Position numbers and translations under genes: made by a program. Positions 1 through 7,237 of a DNA stretch of 64,000 bases are shown here, in pieces. The stretch is from a bacterium (lineage in GTDB: Bacteria; Acidobacteriota; Thermoanaerobaculia; Multivoradales; J023), in NCBI GenBank assembly GCA_024226315.1, contig JAAELT010000577.1:12032-76031 (forward strand). The letters run 5' to 3'. The notes below the pieces were generated by a model. That model was not told the DNA's origin and made no database searches. It saw nothing but the letters and a program-made list of their open reading frames with translations. Position 1 is the stretch's first letter, and each line of letters starts with the position of its first letter.

Positions 1-1
1 G

Positions 2-1417
2 GAAGCATCGCTGGCCAAGCTGCGCAATGCCCAGACCTCCCTCGGCGGCTTCCCCTGGTGGCCTGGCGGGCCGCCCTCGCCCTACATGACCCTCTACCTC
101 CTGCAGGGTTTCTCCCGCGCCCTGGAGTTCGAGGTTGCAGTGCCGCAGGACATGGTGACCCGCGCCTGGAGCTACATGCACCGGCACTACCTCGACCGCA
201 TGGTGCGCGACATGCAGCGCGAGGACTGCTGCTGGGAGTTCGTGACCTACATGAACTACGTGCTCTCCAGCTATCCAGACGACGTCCCGCCGGAGGCGGG
301 CCAACGTAACACGGCGCCAGAGGCGGGCCAACGCAATACAGACTGGACGGGAGGCGTGTTCACCGAGGACGACCGCCGCAAGATGCTCGACTTCTCGTTC
401 ACCCACTGGCGCCAGCACTCGCCGCGCCTCAAGGGCTACCTGGCATTGACGCTGCAGCGCGCCGGCCGCGAGGAGGACGCGCGGCTGGTGTTCGACAGCG
501 TCATGGACTCGTCCAAGACCACCCAGGACGAGGGCACCTTCTGGGCGCCCGAGGACCGCGCCTGGCTGTGGTACAACGACACCATCGAGACCCACGCCCA
601 GGCGCTGCGCACCCTCACCGAGCTCGGCCCCGACGACGCCCGCCGCCACGGCCTGGTGCAGTGGCTTCTGTTCAACAAGAAGCTCAACCACTGGAAGTCC
701 ACCCGCGCCACGGCGGAAGTCATCTACAGCCTGGTTCACTACCTGGAGCGCGAGGGCGCGCTCGGCGTCAAGGAGGAGGCCACTGTCACCCTCGGTGACC
801 GCCGAGAGACCTTCACCTGGGAGCCTGACCGCTATGAGGGCAAGAGCCAGCTCGTGTTGGTGGGTGAGGAGATCGACCCGCAATCGATGTCCACGATCGA
901 GGTGGCGAAAGAGACCCCGGGCTTCATGTTCGCCTCGGCCACCTGGCACTTTTCCACCGAGAAGCTGCCGGAGGAAGCGCGTGGCGACTTCTTCTCCGTG
1001 ACCCGGAAGTACTTCAAGCGCGTCAACACCGGCCGTGAGTGGATCCTCCAGCCGCTCACGGACGGCGCGGCTCTCCAGCCTGGCGACCAGCTCGAAGTCC
1101 AGATCTCGCTGCGCGCCAAGCACGCCGCCGAGTACGTCCACCTCCGCGACCCGCGCGGCGCCGGCTTCGAGCCCGAGACCACTGCGTCATCCTACAAGTG
1201 GGACCTCGGCATCGGCTGGTACGAGGAGGTGCGCGACAGCGGCACCAACTTCTTCTTCGAGTGGCTGCCGGCGGGCGAATACACCTTCAAGTACCGCCTG
1301 CGCGCCACCCTCGCCGGCACCTTCCGGGTCGGCCCGGCGACCGTGCAGTCGATGTACGCGCCGGAGTTCGTCGGCTACTCGGCGGGAGCGAAGCTGGGGA
1401 TCGAGCCGGGGGGCTGA
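2..1417 (+). CDS. alpha-2-macroglobulin family protein, C-terminal portion (5' end outside window)
   Basis: The open frame runs from window position 2 (EASLAKLRNAQTSLGGFPWWPGG...) and matches bacterial A2M/YfhM C-terminal regions. GC3-rich codon usage is consistent with coding. The C-terminal beta-sandwich-like tail reads FFEWLPAGEYTFKYRLRAT. Confidence 0.6.
   Translation, partial: EASLAKLRNAQTSLGGFPWWPGGPPSPYMTLYLLQGFSRALEFEVAVPQDMVTRAWSYMHRHYLDRMVRDMQREDCCWEFVTYMNYVLSSYPDDVPPEAGQRNTAPEAGQRNTDWTGGVFTEDDRRKMLDFSFTHWRQHSPRLKGYLALTLQRAGREEDARLVFDSVMDSSKTTQDEGTFWAPEDRAWLWYNDTIETHAQALRTLTELGPDDARRHGLVQWLLFNKKLNHWKSTRATAEVIYSLVHYLEREGALGVKEEATVTLGDRRETFTWEPDRYEGKSQLVLVGEEIDPQSMSTIEVAKETPGFMFASATWHFSTEKLPEEARGDFFSVTRKYFKRVNTGREWILQPLTDGAALQPGDQLEVQISLRAKHAAEYVHLRDPRGAGFEPETTASSYKWDLGIGWYEEVRDSGTNFFFEWLPAGEYTFKYRLRATLAGTFRVGPATVQSMYAPEFVGYSAGAKLGIEPGG
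291..344 (+). repeat. in-frame 27-bp perfect-ish tandem duplication inside the A2M-like CDS (encodes PPEAGQRNTA twice)
   Basis: 'cggaggcgggccaacgtaacacggcgc' is followed directly by 'cagaggcgggccaacgcaatacagact'. The protein reads PPEAGQRNTAPEAGQRNTD. Confidence 0.8.
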
Positions 1418-1434
1418 CCGATCCCCTCGAGCAT

Positions 1435-1860
1435 CTAGGTGCAGAAACAGGTCTTGGGGCCCGGTCCCGGGTAACAGCCGAAGCGCCACCTCGCGCAAAC
1501 GAAGTCGTAGAGCGGCTGGCCAGAGCAGACACCCTGGCAGTCTGTGTGGGTGTTGCACTCCACGCAAGTGTCCACCACGCGCGCTTTCAGCGTATCGATC
1601 ACTGAAGTGAAAAGCGGTAGGGCGACGGGCACCGCCGTGACTGCGGTCTCTGGTGTCGCGGCGGCCTGCGACGCGAGTGGCTCGACCTTGGTCGCCGCGG
1701 TGGCTTCACGGACCGCGGCCACGGGTGCCGACGCCATTTCTTTCAGCGCGACCACTTCTTCGCTGGCGGCAACGGCGGCAGCTCCGTCGGGCTCGGCCAG
1801 AGCCGGCGTCAGTGCAGCGGTCAGACCGAGGATGAGGAGCAAGGTCACTTTCTTCGCCAT
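1435..1860 (-). CDS. small secreted protein with signal peptide, Ala/Val-rich linker and Cys-rich C-terminal domain (8 Cys)
   Basis: N-terminus MAKKVTLLLILGLTAALTPALA is signal-peptide-like. An AGGAGA RBS lies 5 bp upstream of the ATG. The C-terminus DTCVECNTHTDCQGVCSGQPLYDFVCARWRFGCYPGPGPKTCFCT is cysteine-rich. Confidence 0.5.
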   Translation of the reverse strand: MAKKVTLLLILGLTAALTPALAEPDGAAAVAASEEVVALKEMASAPVAAVREATAATKVEPLASQAAATPETAVTAVPVALPLFTSVIDTLKARVVDTCVECNTHTDCQGVCSGQPLYDFVCARWRFGCYPGPGPKTCFCT

Positions 1861-1966
1861 GTCGTTCTCCTGAGATTAGGTTCGGGTTGGTCGTACGGTT
1901 TCGCCCGCGGGTCGGGACCGCTCAATGAGGTCCCGCTAGACACGCGCAATCGCGCGCCTGAATGGG

Positions 1967-4573
1967 TCAGCCGTCGAGCCGGCTCAGGAGCTGGCGGTAC
2001 TCAGCGGCGCGGTCGGGTTTGCCCCAGGCTTCGTAGAGCCCCACGAGACCGTCGAGCGCCTCCGCGACCCGCGGCCCGCCTTCGCCCGCGAGCGTCTCGT
2101 GGCTTTCGACCAGGAGCTTCTCGGCCTCGTCGAAGCGCCCGAGCTGGACGAGGCAGGCTCCCAGGAGGCTCTGGGTCTCGGCGATGGCGGGGTGGCCCGC
2201 GGGCAAGCCCCGGGTGCGCAGCTCGAGGGCCTCGCGGAGCAGCGGCTCCGCTTCATTCGGTGCCCCGGACTCGATCTTCAGGGCCGCCAGGCCCTGCAAA
2301 CTGTAGGCGCCGCCGGGGTGGCCCTTCGGAAGCGCCCGGAGAACGATCGCGTGCGCCCGTCGAAAGTGCGACTCCGCGGCGGTGAGGTTGCCCTTCCAGT
2401 GCATCAGCCTGCCCAGGTTGTAATGGAGCGGGGCCATGTTCCGATGGTCTTCACCCAGGATCCGGGGCGCGAACGCCAGCAGCTCGAGATAGAGCTCTTC
2501 CGCCTCTTCGAGCTCCCCTCTCTGGAGCAGGAGCGCGGCCAAGTCGTTCAGGGCCTGTCCGACCTGCGGGTGCTGGCCGAAGATCGGGCGCCGGATGGCG
2601 AGGACCTCGCGGTACAATCTCTCGGCACGATCGAGATCTCCCTTTTGCCGCATCAGGCTCGCCAGGTCGACGAGGACGTCGGCGACTTCCAGATGCTCGC
2701 TGCCGCGCTCGCGTCGCGTGGCGCGGAGGGCCTTTTCGAGAAGGTCTTCCGCGGCATCTAGATCGCCGATCTCGGTGAAGGGCTGGGCCAGGAGACGGCG
2801 GCTCTCGGCCACCTCGAGGGCGTCGTTCCCCAGGATCTCGCGCCGCAGCTCGAGGGCCTGGCGGTGGAGGCGCTCGGTCTCGGGATAGTCACCCTGCATG
2901 AAGAGCACGTTCCCCAGGCTGTGGAGGCTGTCCGCGACCGGCAGGGACTCGGGCCCCAGCGCCTGGCGGCGGATGTAGAGAGCCTCGCGAAAAAAGCGTC
3001 CGGCTTCGTCGTAGGCAGCCGTCGACAGGTGTAGTGCCCCGAGATGGTCGAGGCTGTCGGCGACGTCGAGATGACCCTCCGGCAGTACGCGGCGGCGCTC
3101 TGCGAGTCCCTCCTCGAGCAGCGGTCGCGCCTTCTCGAAGAGGGCGAGGCGGAGGTAGATGTAGCCCATGGTGTCGAGCAGCATGCCGCGCAGCTCGGGC
3201 TCGTCGTCGAGCCGCTGGCGGATCTCCTCCGATCCCCGATCGAGGATCTCGCGCACCGTCACCTCCCGGCCCGATGCCCGCCAGGGGTCGGTGTTCTGAA
3301 ACAGATCTACCAGGAACGCCGACAGCTCCCGCGCCTTGGTACTCTCGAGTTGGACGCGATCGTGTTCCCGGGCGAGCTTCGTGGCCTGCCGCGACTTGTC
3401 GATCGCGAAGGCGAGCAGGAGCGCGGCCACGGTGGCGGCGATGGCGACCGCGACGCGGTTGCGGCGCAGGTACTTGGTGGCTCGATAGCCGAGGGTCTGG
3501 GGCCGGGCGAGGATCGGCAGACCCGCGGCATGGCGCCGCAGATCCTCGGAAAGCTGCTCCACGGAGGCGTAGCGGCGGCCGGGCTCTTCGTCGAGGGCCT
3601 TGAGCAGGATGCCGTCGAGGTCGCGGCCGAGCTGGGTCGGGGCCGGCTCCCGCGCCAGCACGCGTTCGATCTCCGGCGGTGCCAGGGACTCGTAGAGACG
3701 CGGCGGGCAGCCGGTCAGGAGACAGTAGAGCAGTACCCCGAGGGAGTAGATGTCGGTGGCGGTGGTGATCGGCTCACCGCGCAGCTGCTCGGGACTGGCG
3801 TAGTTGGGGGTCAGCGGCCGCAGGCCTTGCCGGGTCACCTCGGAATCCACGTCGTCGGGCTGGAGCAGCTTGGCGATTCCGAAGTCGAGGAGCTTGGGCA
3901 CGCCCTCGGCGGTGATCAGGATGTTATCGGGCTTGAGGTCGCGGTGCACGACCAGGTTGCGGTGAGCGCACTGGACTGCGGCGCAGACCCTCTGGAACAG
4001 CTCGAGACGCTCGGCGGTCGAGAGCCCCCGCCGCTCGCAGTAGTCGTCGATGGCGGTGCCCTCGACGTACTCCATCACCAGATAGGGCAGGCCGTCGTCG
4101 GTGGTACCGCCGTCGAGCAGCCGGGCGATGTTGGGATGCTCGAGATTCGCCAGGATCTGACGCTCGCCGCGGAAGCGCCGCAAGAGATCCCGCGCCGCCG
4201 ACTCCTTGGCGAGCTTGATGGCGACCTGCTGGTGGTACTCGTCATCGTCGCGGTCTGCGAGGTAGACGGTACCCATCCCGCCCTGGCCGATCGGGCGCAG
4301 GATCCGGTAGGGGCCGATCCGCTCCCAGTTCCGGGCCGGCCGCGACCGCCACAGCTCGATCCAGGCGCCGAGCGCGGGTTTCTCGAGGAACCGAGGGGCC
4401 GCCTCGGCGTCGGCCTGGAGCAGCGACTCGATCTCGTCACCGAGAGTGGGGTCGCCCGCCAGCTCGGAATCGAGGAAAGCCTGCCGTTGCTCCGGGGGCT
4501 GCTCCAGGGCAGCCTCGAAGATCCTCGCCGCCTTTCCCCAGCGCTCGGCGGGCTCTTGTTCGGCCGTAGTCAT
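1967..4573 (-). CDS. Ser/Thr protein kinase with transmembrane segment and C-terminal TPR repeats
   Basis: Kinase motifs are present: GQGGMGTVYLA, VAIK, HRDLKPDNILI, DFGIAK, SPEQ. A hydrophobic segment VAVAIAATVAALLLAFAI follows, then multiple TPR-like repeats. Confidence 0.85.
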   Translation of the reverse strand: MTTAEQEPAERWGKAARIFEAALEQPPEQRQAFLDSELAGDPTLGDEIESLLQADAEAAPRFLEKPALGAWIELWRSRPARNWERIGPYRILRPIGQGGMGTVYLADRDDDEYHQQVAIKLAKESAARDLLRRFRGERQILANLEHPNIARLLDGGTTDDGLPYLVMEYVEGTAIDDYCERRGLSTAERLELFQRVCAAVQCAHRNLVVHRDLKPDNILITAEGVPKLLDFGIAKLLQPDDVDSEVTRQGLRPLTPNYASPEQLRGEPITTATDIYSLGVLLYCLLTGCPPRLYESLAPPEIERVLAREPAPTQLGRDLDGILLKALDEEPGRRYASVEQLSEDLRRHAAGLPILARPQTLGYRATKYLRRNRVAVAIAATVAALLLAFAIDKSRQATKLAREHDRVQLESTKARELSAFLVDLFQNTDPWRASGREVTVREILDRGSEEIRQRLDDEPELRGMLLDTMGYIYLRLALFEKARPLLEEGLAERRRVLPEGHLDVADSLDHLGALHLSTAAYDEAGRFFREALYIRRQALGPESLPVADSLHSLGNVLFMQGDYPETERLHRQALELRREILGNDALEVAESRRLLAQPFTEIGDLDAAEDLLEKALRATRRERGSEHLEVADVLVDLASLMRQKGDLDRAERLYREVLAIRRPIFGQHPQVGQALNDLAALLLQRGELEEAEELYLELLAFAPRILGEDHRNMAPLHYNLGRLMHWKGNLTAAESHFRRAHAIVLRALPKGHPGGAYSLQGLAALKIESGAPNEAEPLLREALELRTRGLPAGHPAIAETQSLLGACLVQLGRFDEAEKLLVESHETLAGEGGPRVAEALDGLVGLYEAWGKPDRAAEYRQLLSRLDG

Positions 4574-4615
4574 CTATCCTCCATGAAGACACGCGTATTC
4601 GCGCGGCGATCCGGC

Positions 4616-5236
4616 TCATTCGGAGAGCGTCTCCTCGCCTTTCATCTCACGATAGAGCCATGCCTTGGCCAGCCGCCACCGGCGTTTGACCGTCGCCTCC
4701 GAGCAGCCGAGGACCTCGCCCGTTTCCTTGTTGGAGAGCCCGCCGAAGAAGCGGTATTCGACGATCTTGACCTGAACCGGATCCACCTCCTCGAGGCGGC
4801 ACAGAGCCCGGTCGAGCGTCAACAGCTGGTCCGGCCGCTCGACCGCCAGGTCGACGACCTCCGACAGCGGCACCCTCTCGGCGGCGCCGCCGCGCTTGGC
4901 GGAGTGATGGCGGCGCGCGTGATCGACCAAGATCCGCCGCATCATCCTGGCGGCGATCCCAAAGAAATGGGAGCGGTTCTGCCAGCAAGCGTTCTTCTGA
5001 TCGACGAGCCGGAGATAGGCCTCGTTGACCAGGGCGGTGGGCTGGAGGGTGTGACCAGGCCGCTCGATAGAAAGGTAGCCCGCGGCGATCTTCCGCAACT
5101 CGCCGTAGACCAGGGGGAACAGCTCCTCGCCCGCCTGCTCATCGCCTCCCCGCCATGCCTCGAGGAGACGGGTCACGTCCCGTCCACCTGAGGAATTCAT
5201 AGATGAAAAGCTATCAGCTTCGCGACCGCATGACAA
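4616..5236 (-). CDS. ECF-type RNA polymerase sigma-70 factor, directly upstream of and cotranscribed with the Ser/Thr kinase
   Basis: N-terminus VTRLLEAWRGGDEQAGEELFPLVYGELRKIAAGYL. Region 4 reads LGCSEATVKRRWRLAKAWL. The stop lies 43 bp before the kinase start on the same strand. Confidence 0.8.
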   Translation of the reverse strand: MSCGREADSFSSMNSSGGRDVTRLLEAWRGGDEQAGEELFPLVYGELRKIAAGYLSIERPGHTLQPTALVNEAYLRLVDQKNACWQNRSHFFGIAARMMRRILVDHARRHHSAKRGGAAERVPLSEVVDLAVERPDQLLTLDRALCRLEEVDPVQVKIVEYRFFGGLSNKETGEVLGCSEATVKRRWRLAKAWLYREMKGEETLSE

Positions 5237-5285
5237 GAGTCTCCAGACTGCCCTCCAGACTGCGACTCGTTTTCAGTCGCCGTCT

Positions 5286-6544
5286 GTGCCTTGCGACGTC
5301 CTCTACTATTTCTGGGTCAAGGTACTTCCCTGCCCGGAGTGCTCGGCGGAGGTCGATCTCCGATCGTCCTACGTGTTCGCCAGGCACGCCTACGTCAAGA
5401 GAAACCCCCGAGCCCAGGTGCTGTGCCCTGGCTGCCATGGCGTCTTTCCGGCTCAGTATTCGGACGAGTCTGTCGACTGTCCGGCCTGCGAGCTGCGATT
5501 CGATCCCCGCGTGGGGCCCGTGCGCCGCAGCAAGGCACGGTGCGGCGGTTGCGGCGCGGAATTCCCGGTCGCCAAGACCGCGTGCGCTATGGGCAAGCCT
5601 CCGGGGCACAGGCTCTACGCGAAGCTCGTCTTGCGGCGGGACGGCACGCGACAGTATTTGCCGGCTACCTCCGAAGACCTCCACGCCTACGCGCTGGCGG
5701 GTCGCCGGCTGCGGTCGATGAAGCCGCCGAAGCCCGAAGTCCAAATCCAGGACGGACACAACACGCGCCAGGTTCTGAGCTATGGATATTCCTCCTGGGA
5801 TCAGATGTTCAATGATCGGCAGCGCCTGGCACTGGCGATCCTCGCCGACGGCATCCGGAAGCTGGAGCCTTGTGCAGAACGTGACGCACTGATGCTGCTG
5901 TTTTCGGGCGTCTTGGAGTTCAACAACATGTTCGCCAGCTACAAGGGCGAAGGCACCGGCGCCGTCAGGCACATGTTCAGCCATCACGTGCTCAAGCCGG
6001 AGCGCACGCCGATCGAGGCCAATCTCTGGGGGACTCCCAAGAGCTCCGGCTCCTTCTCGACCCTCTTTCGCTCGCGGTTGCTCCGGGCGTTGGACTACAA
6101 GCAGGCCCCGTTCGAGGTCGCCGTCGACAGGCGCGACGGGAAAACGAGAGGCCGGAAAGTCTTCGGCCTCAGCCCGCCGATGGGTGGCTTCCTCCTGGAT
6201 CGCTATCCCGAAGAGGGTCTGCCGGCAGGATCGGTGTACCTGTCCTGCGGCGACTCGGCGAGAGGCGTGATTCCCTGCAGCGAGCGGTCCGGAGCGCACG
6301 GAAGCGCACGATCCGTTTCAACAAAGCCGGGCGCGAGTTGTCGGAGAACGACGTACGCGTGATCGTGCACAGCCAGCTGCTGGTCGAGCTGTCACGCGTC
6401 GGAAACAAGCGCCGGGCACTGTCGCGCCTTGCCGAGCTGTTGCTCGAAACGTCGACGCCGGTTCTCGAGCTGTGGCGCAATCAAGAGGTGGCGACCGAGG
6501 TCGGCGCCGAATCTGAAGCCGATCAGCTGAGCTTTGTTCTATAG
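5286..6544 (+). pseudogene. fragment of a COG1743/DUF1156-like adenine-specific DNA methylase with Zn-ribbon (N-truncated, frameshift near 6290-6340)
   Basis: Four CxxC pairs form a zinc ribbon (CPECSAEV...CPGCHGVF...CPACELRF...CGGCGAEF). Conserved block MFNDRQRLALAILADGIRKL...LLFSGVLEFNNMFASYKGEGTGAVRHMFSHHVLKPERTPIEANLWG is present. The reading frame continues in a second frame (6338..6544). No N-terminal methylase core is present and the ORF starts 50 bp from the divergent sigma-factor start. Confidence 0.45.
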
Positions 6545-6699
6545 GACCGCCGCCTCGACTCGTCGACCGGCCCGGTCAGAGTCGGTACGGCCTCCAAGAA
6601 GGGGTCTGGATGGCTGGAAGGCTATTCTTCTAGCGTCAGGGAAGGCCTTTCGCTAGCTTGGCAGCTGGGTCCCTCCGGGGCCAGAAGGCCTTTTCGCGG

Positions 6700-6830
6700 C
6701 TGGTCAACTCCTACCCCCTACCCATGGAAGGAGTTTCACGGCTCTGACAACTCTATCCCTGGCGCCGGGGTAGGAGTTGTCGGGGCTCGGCAACCTGTTC
6801 CCTGACGTCAGGGTAGGAGTTGTCCGGCTC
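6700..6830. repeat. cluster of nested hairpin repeats of the GACAACTCC(T)ACCC / GGAAGGAGTT family in a 700-bp intergenic region
   Basis: gtcaactcctaccc (6703-6716) pairs with gggtaggagttgtc (6768-6781). An inner hairpin is ggaaggagtt-N13-aactctatcc (6726-6758). A perfect palindrome ccctgacgtcaggg lies at 6800-6813. A second gggtaggagttgtcc lies at 6811-6825. Confidence 0.6.
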
Positions 6831-7237
6831 GAACATGTTGTTCCTTGTTAGGAAATCCTTCTCTCGGGGAGCAGATTTGCACTCTTGGAGAGCCAGCCTC
6901 GTGAATGAGATTCAAGAAAATGAATCTTCCCCTGAAATCGCAATGGGAGCCCGCCTTCGGCCCCCTACCCGGACGGGTAGCCCCGAATCAACCCCTCCGA
7001 CCGGTGCAGCCAGAAGTAAAATGGGCTAATGTAATTGTTGCCTGCGAGAAAGGCACAGCCGGCGAAAGCCGGTGCCGCAAGCCACGGGGTCCTCGCCTCT
7101 TCCGCGACGGGCCTCCCGCCACGAAGGTCTCAAGATCGCCAGGCTTGCCGAAAGGCAGCAGATTCTGCTCGACAGCGCCCGGCTGCGGCTCGGAGAGCCG
7201 CAGCTCGTGTCCCCGGTCGAGACAAAAGGAGACCCTC

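Noticed and set aside
3044-5191. 715-aa plus-strand ORF antisense to the Ser/Thr kinase and sigma factor genes
   Set aside because: The translation is low-complexity Gly/Arg/Ala-rich with no motifs. It is an open-frame artefact on the opposite strand of clearly recognisable genes in about 70% GC DNA.
5214-6299. 361-aa minus-strand ORF overlapping the methylase fragment
   Set aside because: No recognisable domains. The plus-strand frame carries the Zn ribbon and conserved methylase blocks. Antisense GC artefact.
6545-6700. Possible tRNA or small RNA gene in the repeat-rich intergenic region
   Set aside because: No cloverleaf-compatible segment with conserved T-loop (GTTCRANYC) or anticodon-arm features found by eye. 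Sequence is better explained as REP-like hairpins.
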